DNA of 64,000 nt, taken from a virus (taxonomy: Duplodnaviria > Caudoviricetes). Each line of letters begins with the position of its first letter. The stretch's first letter is position 1. The notes below the pieces were generated by a model, which was not told where the DNA came from, did not search any database, and saw nothing but the letters and a program-made list of their open reading frames with translations. The DNA lies in IMG/VR virus record IMGVR_UViG_3300030060_002561, positions 1 through 64,000 of that record, one strand, 5' to 3'. Shown piece after piece: positions 1 to 10,300 of this stretch. The translations under genes were made by a program, and so were the position numbers.

Positions 1-3000
1 ATACGAGTTAGCAAGATACAGATAATTACTTTCAGCAATAGTCACATCGTCAGCAAAGGTGGCATCGTCATTGCTTAGAGTTATTACAGTATCACCGGAA
101 GATGATTTGATGTCGTTTCCGCTTACCTTCAAATCTCCATCAATAGTAAATGTACTTGCATCAGCACTAACAAGCAAGAAACGATTCTTTGAACCTTGAC
201 CAGTATACATCATTGTTTGACCAAACGCATCCTGTTCGATGTGCGTACTGCTATCTGTACCTGCACCATTCTTTATCTCGATACCAGATACCGTTGATGA
301 GTTTCCTGCGCTACCTACATTCTCAACCAGTAGACCAGTAATCAAACTGGTTGAGTCATCTGAGATGTGTAGGTTCGTACCGGGAGCAGTAGTGCCTATT
401 CCGACCTTACCATCATATTTGATGAACATTCTCTCAGATACAGGGTCGCCACTAACATTGGTTCCTTTAGTGGCGAAAATCATATTTGTCCTGTAATCAG
501 CGACATCCATCTCCTTAGCGATTATCTGCGCTCCTGCAACAGACTCCAATCTAGAAGAGATACCTAACCGAGTAATTCCTTGTACACCACCGGGATTACC
601 TGCGCCGTTTTGTACCCTCAACGCTTCCACATCATTCGTTGCGGTTTCAACGGTCAAAGGAGCAACAGGGCTTGTAGTGCCTATTCCAACTCTTCCTTCA
701 AAGATAGCGGCATCTCCATGTTCGTCTGTCCTATCTGATTTTACATGAAGAACAGGGCTGTCGTTGAATGCGTGGTCATCATGGAAATACACCAACGGTG
801 TACTGGTAGAATCATCGTTCCTGTAAACCTTCAACCCATGTGCTGAACCATCGCTTTGTGTAATCTCTGCCTTACCATCTGATAGTGTTAAGTCACTAGC
901 AATCGTTACATCATCAGGTAATCCTATTGTGACTGTGCCACTACTTTCTGCTACAGTTGTTTCATTACTCGTACCTGCAAAGGTAATTGTTCCACCAAGA
1001 GCAGTAGCAGTTGAGTTAGAACCATCAGTTACGGTAATGCTAGAGTTTGCTAGTTTCGCATTTGCAATAGAACCTGCTAGTTGTGCATTGGTAATCGTAC
1101 CCGTCAATGAGGAAGTTGGATAGTTAGTTGCATCTGTCAAGTCAAAGGCAGGAGTTGCATCTGATTGCCCCAAGTCTAGACTTACACCACCAAAACTTAC
1201 TGAATCGTTTGCAAGCATTGCATTACTGATATCTCCACTTGCAATCGAGAAAGCAATGGTATCTGATGCCGCAGTATTCGCTATTGTTATTCCAGAACCC
1301 GCAGTTAGTGTTAGAGTATCAGCAGAAGCATCTGCAACAATGTCATCTTGACCACTAACTGAGATTGTCTTGAATGCCTTGATTCCACCTGCTCCACCAT
1401 TATCTACCGCGAAATCTGCTAGATGTGCTAGATTTATGTAAGCCCATTCACCTGCGCTATCATCCCAAATTAACATCTGGTCAGCAGTATTTGCATTTCT
1501 CTGTGCGGGATTTGATGCGCTTCCATCTGAACCAGAACTCATCAAAGTAATATTGGTGTTCACAGGGTCGTCAATGCTGAAAGCAGTACCACTCAGAACA
1601 AGACCATTGTTAGATGCGGCGGTGAACGTTGTGTCAGTAGATGCTATTGTAATCGAGCCATCACCATTGGTGATTGAAACATTCGTTCCTGCTGTTAAGT
1701 GTGCGTTCTTCCACTTCGCTGGTACTGAGGAAGTATCTCTAATGAATACCTGTCCAGCAGTAGGATTGTTCTGATTAACATCAGCCAATTCAGCAATCGT
1801 ATCTACTGTATCTACTTGAGCATCTACATAGGTTTTGATGGCTTTAGCCGTAGCAAGAGAATCATCGTTAGCACTTACTGATGATAGGTCAGTATCTAAT
1901 GCGGAAATATCAGATAGGTTAGTAGTTGCTATTGTGATGTCAGCAGAACCATTGAATGACTGTCCTGCTATGCTTCTAGCCGTAGCGAGAGTAGTAGCAG
2001 TATCTGCATTTCCTGTAACATCTCCAGTAACATCTCCAGTCAAATCTCCTGTGAATGCACCCGCTACGAATGTTTCAGAACCAACAGTCCAGTTATCATT
2101 AGTTTCATCCCATGTCAGGGTTTTGTTAGAAGCAGTTCCCCTTTCCACTTCTATTCCAGCATTCTGTGAAGGAGTACCAGTCTCATCAGAATTGAGAACA
2201 ATTATGTTGTCGCCTATGTTCACAGTGTTGGTATTAACAGTAGTTGTAGTACCATTAACAGTTAAGTTACCAGTTACTACTAATGCTCCCGATGTTGTCA
2301 CAGTTACATCAGTTGCATCACCAATCGTAACATTGCTACTGATATCTGCAAGCCTTGTTCTTAAGTTGGCTTCGTTTACATTTACATCGGTGTTAGTTAC
2401 CTTAGCATCATTCAATGCAGTTCTAGTTTCTAGTTTCTGCATGGCCGCTAGAATAGTATCAGTTGCCGCTATTGCTCCACCAGTTCCAGTTCCAAGGTTT
2501 GTAAGTGCCTTACCAGTTATCGCAGTAGCCGCAGTTGCGTTATCTAATGCAGTAGTCGTAGTGAAGTTTGAATCATTTGTGTATGCTGACAATAGAGGAT
2601 TAACGGTGAATGTCAGGTCATATGGGTCAGCATCCGTACCGTTGTCAACATCTGTCCAGTTTATTGTAAGAAGACTTGAAGCAGGTACAAACTTAATTTC
2701 CTTAGAATCAGCAATTGTAAGTTCTGTTCCATCTCCGTCTTCTAGTTGGAATGTAGTAGAGCCTGTAGCCGCACCACCTACGCTATCCACATATGCCTTG
2801 ATTGATTTTGCAGAGGCTAGTGAGTCATCATTAGCACTTACACCATCAGCAAAGTTTGTCTCAAACGCCGCTACATCTGAAAGCCCTGTAACTGATAGAG
2901 AAGTTAGATATGTGTTGGTGTCTACTGAATAACTACCTGCACTAGTCCTCTTCAAGAAACCATTAGATGTGAAGTCACCATCCATCAATGCTCCTGCCGC

Positions 3001-6000
3001 CGCGACATTAGTAGCATCAGTAACATCAGCAGAAGTCTCGATACCAGACAGTTTGGTTCTCTCGGCAGAACTAATTACAGTTCCGCTACCTAAGTCACTC
3101 AATCCATCTATCTTACCAACAGTAACTTGATTGTTTCCTATGTGTGCAGTATCTATTGCTCCATTTGCAATGTGTTCCGAATCTATTGCATCATCTGCAA
3201 TCTTAGCACTAGTTATTGCATCTGCGGCAATCTTAGCAGTTGTTACTCCTAGGTTCGCCAACATCCCTGTCTCTACTGCTAGGTTAGCAATTGTTAGAGT
3301 ACCATCATTTGCAAGTGTAGCATCACCGGAAACTGCTACATTGTGATATTGACTACCACTACCGCCGACCATTATATGAGTATCAGTTGCCGCAATAGTA
3401 TCGCTGATGAAATTAATCTTGGCTCCAGTTACATTATCGTCTGCAATCTTAGCAGACGTTACTGCACCAGTTGCTAATTTACCAGTAGTTATTGCATTGC
3501 TGTTTATCTTACCTGTAGTGACTGCGGCAGATGCAATCATACCAGTTGCTATAGTTCCGGTATCTCCTGTGGTAATTAGCGTACCAGTTACATCTGGCAA
3601 TGAGATTGTTCTATCTGCTGTTGGGTCAACTATTGATAAAGTGGTTTCATGTGCATCAGCAGTCGTACCCTCAAATACAAATGCATTCTGTACGTTTACC
3701 TCTGTTTGGTTTACTGTAGTGGTAGTGCCATCTACAAAGAGATTGCCTCGGACACGAACAGTAGTGTCATTGCCAGCATCACCAATATGAAGAGTATCGC
3801 TCTCATTAAGAAGCGCGAGAGATGCGACCACATTTGCTTTGTCAGTGACATCTGCTGATGTCTCGATTCCTGCCAGTTTATCAAACTGGTCGTCAGTCAT
3901 CAAGCCATGAGCATCAGTTGTGGCATCGGGCAAGGTAGCCGTAATTGTCGAAGAGTCCCTTTGTGTTAGAGTAAGAAGACCTTGATTGAAAGATGCGGAT
4001 AGTACATCATCCCCTCTTTCAGAGTTGGCGATGTTTATGGTTTGACCAGTTTGTGTAATTCCTATTCCCTCTCCTGCTTCCAAGATTACTTCATCATCTT
4101 GGCTACTAGCATCCCTCAGTACGATTTTTGCTTTGTTGGTAGAAGCAAGACCTGCTAGTAGGTTATACGCAGAAGGCGCGACCACTTGAGCATCTACATA
4201 CGCTTTGGTCGCCTTCGCAGATGGAATGGTATCGTGTAAATTACTTACAGATGCGATATCGCTTTCCAGACCAGTTATATCGGTCAAGTCTGCTAGTGCA
4301 ACAGAAGACAGTTTAGTGTTCAGTTGTGTTTGTATTGAAGATGTCACTCCATCTAGATAGCCTATCTCTGTTGCACTAACACCTGTGACTCCATCTAGAA
4401 TATTTATCTCCGCCGCAGTAGCAGTTATACTCAAATCACTCAAGTCTTCTATTTTAGATGCTAGATTGCTTACTAGGTTGGTAACTTTACCTTGTGCAAT
4501 TCCACCTGCTAGATGTGTGTTAGTTATTCCACTAGCCTTGATAGCAACTGCACCAGACGGTACATCGAAGATATTTGAATCAAAAGATGCAACTCCCCTG
4601 TTACTTGTTGTAGCAACCTCTGCATCAATTGTTAGCGTACCAGAACCATCGCTGTATGTGGTTGTGATTCCCTCTCCATCAGTAATTAGCGCATTGACCC
4701 TATCATCGACTCTTTCATCTGTGTAGTATTTGTTGCTTCCTTCCGCTATGTCACCAGTATCTAGAGTGAGAGAACCACCTAGGTTCAGAGAATTACTGTT
4801 TATGGTTACTGCTGAATTTGCGAGTTTGTTGTTCGCAATGCTTCCAGCCAGTTGAGAATTTGCCACAGATATGTTGCTGACATTGCTCGACCAATCAGCA
4901 CCGACAGTCGCCCCCGTAGCAATGCCATCTAACTTTGACTTTAGAGTGGCGGTAAATAACTTATTGTTGGTGGAACTGCTTTCTGATAACTTGTCAACTT
5001 GTATGTTAGCAGAAGATGCTATATCCGCATCAACTATCTTTGTTCCTACTGCTCTGTATGCAGAACTAATGTCGGGTATATCACCCGCTACTAACTTACC
5101 AAAGACGTTCGCAAGATTAATTCTTCTTAGTGGATTTCCAGAAGTGACAGAACCATCATCGTACATTAAGAAGTCAGCAGTTCTATCCATGCCGTTTTCT
5201 TCGGTTAAACCACCACTAGCATCGTTGATGTTAATCTTCAAGGTCGAACCTGTTCTAGTTAGTCCATTCTCAATAGTGAGGCTAGGTTCTTTACCACTAA
5301 GAGCAGATGTTAATCCACTAATCTTACTTTGAGCGATGGCCGCATCACTAGCAACCTTACCGTTTGTGATTGCTCCATTTGCTATCTTTGCCTCTGTGAC
5401 ATTGCTATCTGCTATCTTGGCAGTCACTACTGCATCATTGGCGATAGTAGTAGCACCATCTGCATTAGAAGTAACATCGCCAGTATGGTTAGGATGCACA
5501 TACTTATTGGCATCAGTTGCACCTGTGTAGCCTAAGTCTGAGAGAGATAGATTTCTCTTTGATAGTGCAGTAACGTGACCTTGTGCATTTGTTGATATGT
5601 TTTCAACTACCTCGGTCCCAGATGTCGTTATATTTGCCACATCAGAAGTTGGGTGTATATACGCACTAGGAATCTCGGAAGATACAGGGATGTTATGATA
5701 TGCACTTCCGTCATTGCTAAATTCCCACCTATCACTAGATTCGTTCCAACGCAACTTAACGTTAGTCGAGTTTCCACGTTCTACTTCTAGCCCCGCGTTC
5801 TCGCTTGGGGTACTTGCAGAATTGCTATTGAGAAGAACCATATTGTCTTGCAATGCAAGTGTTTCTGTGTTTATCGTAGTGGTTGTACCATTTACTGTGA
5901 GATTTCCTCCTACAGTCATATGCCCTGCAAATACAGCAGTATCATTGGATTGTGTCCCTATGTTGAAATCACCACCCATGTCTGAGTTTAACCTAGCCTT

Positions 6001-7008
6001 TAGATTCGCTACGCTAACATCTGTATCCGTATTGGTATCAGTCTCATGAGTATCAATCATGCCCTTTATATCAGCAGGTGAGAATCTTCTGATGTCTGTA
6101 GCAGTCCCAGCATTCTTCTCTGCACCACTTACTTGTGATACCTGTGCGTTATACGCAGTTTCAATCTCAGCATTGCTCTGGTCAGCAGTAGCCCCTGCTT
6201 CTATTCCTAGCATTGTCCTTACATTTGCCGGGGAAATTTCCTCTACCACACCTGCACCAGAACTGTCTCTTCCTAGCAGTCTGTCTGTGGTTGATACGTT
6301 CTGCATCTTTGCGTATGTGACTGCATCATCTGCTATGTTAGCAGTTGCCACACCACCACTTGGGACTAATCCGGCATTACCTTGGGAGATGGCTGAAGTG
6401 TATGTTATCTGGTCAGTAGTTGCCAATGTACCACTCGCAGGTAGAGTTATTGTTCCAGAACCTCCTTTCGTCAATGTTCCATCTGCATTGATTCTAAGTG
6501 TCTCTGAACCACTGTTTATTGCACTCATTCCCTTTGTGGTTTGGTCGTATCCTAGGAACTGAACCAATCTATTTATTGCATCATGGTCCGAACCTGCGGG
6601 ATATTTGATAATAGCAACTGGAATATCGCCCGCAGTCAAAGAAGAGACAGACGCGGTTGAGACTGAACTTGCACCTGTTCTAATCTGTATGACGTTAGAT
6701 GCATCTACGACAACTGTGGCATACCAATCATTTCCTGCACGTTCACCAACTCCGGGTGCAATGTCATTTCTAGCAGATACCGAGACTAGCAACCCGTTCC
6801 TTAGTATCTTACCAGAAGCCACATCATACTGTGTGTATGTCCCACCATCTTCTTGTGTGATATTGAACCCACTAAGAGCAACATTCCCACCAGTAGCAAC
6901 GTTCAGGCTATTGATTATACCACTATGAATATTGTCCGAACCATCCACTATGCGAGTGTTAGGTGTAGCAGACAATGTACTTAGAAAGCCCGGATTACTA
7001 TTTACCAT
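1..7008 (-). CDS. Giant mosaic tail fibre / receptor-binding protein (>=2336 aa, runs off the window's left edge; absent from the ORF track)
   Basis: ATG at 7008 overlaps the upstream stop (TGATG). It reads MVNSNPGFLSTLSATPNTRIVDGSDNIHSGII... The same frame is open at spot-checked points down to position 1 (...ATFADDVTIAESNYLYLANSY). Nearly all plus-strand ORFs listed for 239-6928 lie in one antisense shadow frame. The protein is G/T/A/S/D/N-rich with fibre modules: GNLTVNGTTTT..NAGxEVERG x2, AVTxAKIAD repeats and VGIGTTxP x2. Confidence 0.85.
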   Translation of the reverse strand, partial: MVNSNPGFLSTLSATPNTRIVDGSDNIHSGIINSLNVATGGNVALSGFNITQEDGGTYTQYDVASGKILRNGLLVSVSARNDIAPGVGERAGNDWYATVVVDASNVIQIRTGASSVSTASVSSLTAGDIPVAIIKYPAGSDHDAINRLVQFLGYDQTTKGMSAINSGSETLRINADGTLTKGGSGTITLPASGTLATTDQITYTSAISQGNAGLVPSGGVATANIADDAVTYAKMQNVSTTDRLLGRDSSGAGVVEEISPANVRTMLGIEAGATADQSNAEIETAYNAQVSQVSGAEKNAGTATDIRRFSPADIKGMIDTHETDTNTDTDVSVANLKARLNSDMGGDFNIGTQSNDTAVFAGHMTVGGNLTVNGTTTTINTETLALQDNMVLLNSNSASTPSENAGLEVERGNSTNVKLRWNESSDRWEFSNDGSAYHNIPVSSEIPSAYIHPTSDVANITTSGTEVVENISTNAQGHVTALSKRNLSLSDLGYTGATDANKYVHPNHTGDVTSNADGATTIANDAVVTAKIADSNVTEAKIANGAITNGKVASDAAIAQSKISGLTSALSGKEPSLTIENGLTRTGSTLKININDASGGLTEENGMDRTADFLMYDDGSVTSGNPLRRINLANVFGKLVAGDIPDISSAYRAVGTKIVDADIASSANIQVDKLSESSSTNNKLFTATLKSKLDGIATGATVGADWSSNVSNISVANSQLAGSIANNKLANSAVTINSNSLNLGGSLTLDTGDIAEGSNKYYTDERVDDRVNALITDGEGITTTYSDGSGTLTIDAEVATTSNRGVASFDSNIFDVPSGAVAIKASGITNTHLAGGIAQGKVTNLVSNLASKIEDLSDLSITATAAEINILDGVTGVSATEIGYLDGVTSSIQTQLNTKLSSVALADLTDITGLESDIASVSNLHDTIPSAKATKAYVDAQVVAPSAYNLLAGLASTNKAKIVLRDASSQDDEVILEAGEGIGITQTGQTINIANSERGDDVLSASFNQGLLTLTQRDSSTITATLPDATTDAHGLMTDDQFDKLAGIETSADVTDKANVVASLALLNESDTLHIGDAGNDTTVRVRGNLFVDGTTTTVNQTEVNVQNAFVFEGTTADAHETTLSIVDPTADRTISLPDVTGTLITTGDTGTIATGMIASAAVTTGKINSNAITTGKLATGAVTSAKIADDNVTGAKINFISDTIAATDTHIMVGGSGSQYHNVAVSGDATLANDGTLTIANLAVETGMLANLGVTTAKIAADAITSAKIADDAIDSEHIANGAIDTAHIGNNQVTVGKIDGLSDLGSGTVISSAERTKLSGIETSADVTDATNVAAAGALMDGDFTSNGFLKRTSAGSYSVDTNTYLTSLSVTGLSDVAAFETNFADGVSANDDSLASAKSIKAYVDSVGGAATGSTTFQLEDGDGTELTIADSKEIKFVPASSLLTINWTDVDNGTDADPYDLTFTVNPLLSAYTNDSNFTTTTALDNATAATAITGKALTNLGTGTGGAIAATDTILAAMQKLETRTALNDAKVTNTDVNVNEANLRTRLADISSNVTIGDATDVTVTTSGALVVTGNLTVNGTTTTVNTNTVNIGDNIIVLNSDETGTPSQNAGIEVERGTASNKTLTWDETNDNWTVGSETFVAGAFTGDLTGDVTGDVTGNADTATTLATARSIAGQSFNGSADITIATTNLSDISALDTDLSSVSANDDSLATAKAIKTYVDAQVDTVDTIAELADVNQNNPTAGQVFIRDTSSVPAKWKNAHLTAGTNVSITNGDGSITIASTDTTFTAASNNGLVLSGTAFSIDDPVNTNITLMSSGSDGSASNPAQRNANTADQMLIWDDSAGEWAYINLAHLADFAVDNGGAGGIKAFKTISVSGQDDIVADASADTLTLTAGSGITIANTAASDTIAFSIASGDISNAMLANDSVSFGGVSLDLGQSDATPAFDLTDATNYPTSSLTGTITNAQLAGSIANAKLANSSITVTDGSNSTATALGGTITFAGTSNETTVAESSGTVTIGLPDDVTIASDLTLSDGKAEITQSDGSAHGLKVYRNDDSTSTPLVYFHDDHAFNDSPVLHVKSDRTDEHGDAAIFEGRVGIGTTSPVAPLTVETATNDVEALRVQNGAGNPGGVQGITRLGISSRLESVAGAQIIAKEMDVADYRTNMIFATKGTNVSGDPVSERMFIKYDGKVGIGTTAPGTNLHISDDSTSLITGLLVENVGSAGNSSTVSGIEIKNGAGTDSSTHIEQDAFGQTMMYTGQGSKNRFLLVSADASTFTIDGDLKVSGNDIKSSSGDTVITLSNDDATFADDVTIAESNYLYLANSY

Positions 7009-7340
7009 CAATCTACCTCCAGTCTAATTGTGAACGTCACCGTGTCTGTAGTAGGCACTACTCCAGTATTCGTGAAGGTGACTCGGCTCAAGAGTTTATC
7101 GTTACCATCAAAAATTCCTAACTCTGAAACACCTTGAGTACCAATGTCTGTACCTGTGAAAGATGCAGTCCAAACTAGTTGCGTTCCTATCCTTGATGGT
7201 GTAGCAGACTTAGTGGCTACAAACGAATCTAAATCTGTCTGAGAACCAGCAGTATCATCTCCACCATTACCTATCTTTACCGTTGTAAAATTGCTTGCGA
7301 TATATGTCGCCAATACTTCTTTTCCTTCATCTACTATCAT
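7008..7340 (-). CDS. Small tail-collar/fibre-attachment protein (DUF3751-like)
   Basis: 110 aa with KIGNGG...TDL...SELGIFD...LLSRVTF pattern typical of tail-collar domains; directly upstream of and coupled to the fibre gene. Confidence 0.6.
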   Translation of the reverse strand: MIVDEGKEVLATYIASNFTTVKIGNGGDDTAGSQTDLDSFVATKSATPSRIGTQLVWTASFTGTDIGTQGVSELGIFDGNDKLLSRVTFTNTGVVPTTDTVTFTIRLEVD

Positions 7341-10300
7341 TAGTAATCCTCCTGTTCATAGAATCTATCCTTGTATGACTTCTTTGTGACAATGCTGTGT
7401 TCAAACCCTACTTCCTCCGTAAATCCAACTATGTCATCAAAGCCCATGTTTGAGTTTCTAGACAGCGCGTTAGATGGTCCGGTTATGTTGTAGGAGAAAC
7501 TGATGTTCTTTAATTTGATTGCATCGAATAGGAATTTACCAGATGATTCCACTACTGCATCTCTGCCTAGTAAAGTGGTACTGTCATCTGCTTGTTGCAT
7601 TGAGAGTTCGCTAAGTCGTTCTGCTATCGTCTTGTCAAACGTTCCTACCTTGAGTTTCAATGTTCCAGATAAAACATTCTCAATTTCAAATACTATGTAA
7701 TCGTTAACAGGAATGTTATGGTTAGGGAAGTTCATTCTTAGAATATCTCCCGCTTCAAGCAATTCAAGACCTTCTTTCTGCAACTCAATATCTATCTTCT
7801 TTGCATCCCCATCATATATATTCATCAGTTCAACTGCCTTTGTCTCAGCATCTACCCTACTCTTTATCGTTGGGTCAACAACCTTTACAGTTCTAGTCTG
7901 CTTCTTGGTCGGCTTTTCCAATTCGTATTGCACCTTATCACCTACAACGACTATCTTGTTTGCCTTGTCAAACATTGATGTGTTTCCTTTGACGGAGATT
8001 AGCCTATTGGATTCCTTGTATGATAGTGCGTATCTTCGTAGGCTTCCAGTATCTTCTATGTTCCTTGTTATGAATTCACCATTCTTGATATTGTAATCCA
8101 GTCCTCTCTTTACTACCAAGGAGTTCAGCGCGTTGTACATGTTCGTGTTATCGAACTTCAAGTTAGTTGCAAAGGTCTTCTTGTTCACAAGAACAAGTTC
8201 GTCATACTGAGCAGGTGAGAAGTATCTGTTTCTAAGTGCGATTGTCGAACCAGAAACTCCTGCTAGGGCAACTTCCCCAATCAAATGTCCATCATAGGAA
8301 TACACTACATCCCCTACTGATATTCCCTCAATGGCAGAGGTACATGTGATTCCCTCTCTCTGGAGATTTTCATTGTCGCTGATACCAACTAGATAATTTG
8401 CTGTTAGAGTTATCTCATTGGCTGTAGTGCTACTGACAAATCCTAGGAATGTTCCAGAATCATCGAAGACAGAATCTCCCTCTGCAAAGATAGTAGTTGC
8501 ATCAACACCATCTACTGCAATAGTAGGAGATGAACTACTATGTTGACCATTTACAATGACTCCGGTGGATAGCATGGTAGTTCCAGAATTCACGATATTA
8601 CCTGTAGGGTTGGAGAAACTTCGACTCGGATTGTACTCTAACCCAGCAAGAGTTACGATGTTCTCCACTTCCTTCTCAAGTTGAGATGCGATTGCGTAGG
8701 TTGTTCCTATGCTACATTTCGTGATGTCCTTCAACTTTGGCTTTCTTCCTAGGGTGACTTCAAACACCTCTCCAAACGATACGACTCCATTAGCAGATAA
8801 CTTACCATCGAATTCCAATGTCAAACCTGTCTTGGTCTGTTGATTCTCCCCATCATTTATCGAAACGGTCTTCCTGACTACGATGTTCTTTCTAACGGAT
8901 TCCGTGCCATCTGTGATGTTCATATCCAATATGTCTCCGTCTGCTAAATCCGAGAACGGAGCGATGGCATCAGTACCTGTTCTTCTCTCTATGGTGCTAT
9001 GTGCGTTGTCGATATCAAGAAGAAGGTACATGTAATTCACGCTTTCGGAGAATGTAGCGTTTGATTGCCTACTACCACCTGTTCTCCAATCTCTTCCCTT
9101 TCCGTCATTTAGAAGCACATTGAATCTTACCTCATTTTCATGCTCATTAAATGTGACTTCAGAAGGTCGCATCAATCTGTATCTTGCACCATTGCTTGAA
9201 GAGAAATCAGAATCTAGAGTTATCCTTTGTGTTTCTGTAGCAGTTGTACTAGGTGCTACAGAGACTTCGTGATTAACTATCTTGTGTATCTTCTTAGGCA
9301 TATCTGCATTAGGTGAGGTTCGTATGTTCAGATTGCCTTCTATATCATCAGTAAAGTCCTCAGAGACTAGGTAGTATCCTGTTAGGTTTGGCATGTAACT
9401 AAGCCAAGCATGTTCAGTATCTGAGTTAAGTACGAATGTGATTACCTTGTTATCGCTACTTGTAGGTACTGTGATTCCACCACTATTGTTTACTATGTTG
9501 AATGTTGGTTTAACTAGCATCTGTGCTGATATCACACCGCCCGCAGTTTCATAATGCGTAGGAGTTCCAGACGGTGTTGCTACTTGATGAGAAAAATGTG
9601 GAGAATAATACTTGAAATTACTTCTAGTTCCACTTGCCCGTAAGAACAACTTATCTGAAAGGATGCAATCAGCACCCTTTGTTCCCACCATAGCAAGACT
9701 GTACTCTGTTTCATGAACATCAGTTCCAACAGGATAGTCATTGTTCAAGTCCGGTACTCCTGTGAGTGTGTCATTACCACTCTTTCCTGTCCATGAAAAT
9801 GCTTGGAAGGAGTCTCCGATGAAACCAAATCCATTGGACGCAAATGAAACTCCGTAGTTTGTATCATAGCCACCTACATTGAGCATCATGGTAGTATCGT
9901 CATCATCATATGCTAGGTGCAGAGTATCGACATTCTTTGCATACCTTTGTATCATTAGGTTCCTAGTTACTTGGTCGTAGTCTGAGGTATTGTTAGTAAT
10001 GAAAGTGTCATACACAGAATCCGCAGTTAATGACAACGCCGTACTCATCACGATGTCATCATTGTCTATGACTCCAGTACCAAAGTTCTCCGCCATGACT
10101 GTTGAGCCTTGTTTGAAGCCTCTGAATATGCCAATGCATCCTTCATAGATATGTGCTAGGGAAGCACTATTGTTTGCGGTTTGCCCTACTCCGAACCTAA
10201 ATCGAAGGTCACTATCCGTATCGCTAAGTTCTCTGTGGTACAACCCGGCAACCACTCTAGAGATGTGCTTATGTGTTCCAGTAGAGAAGTGCGTATGGGC

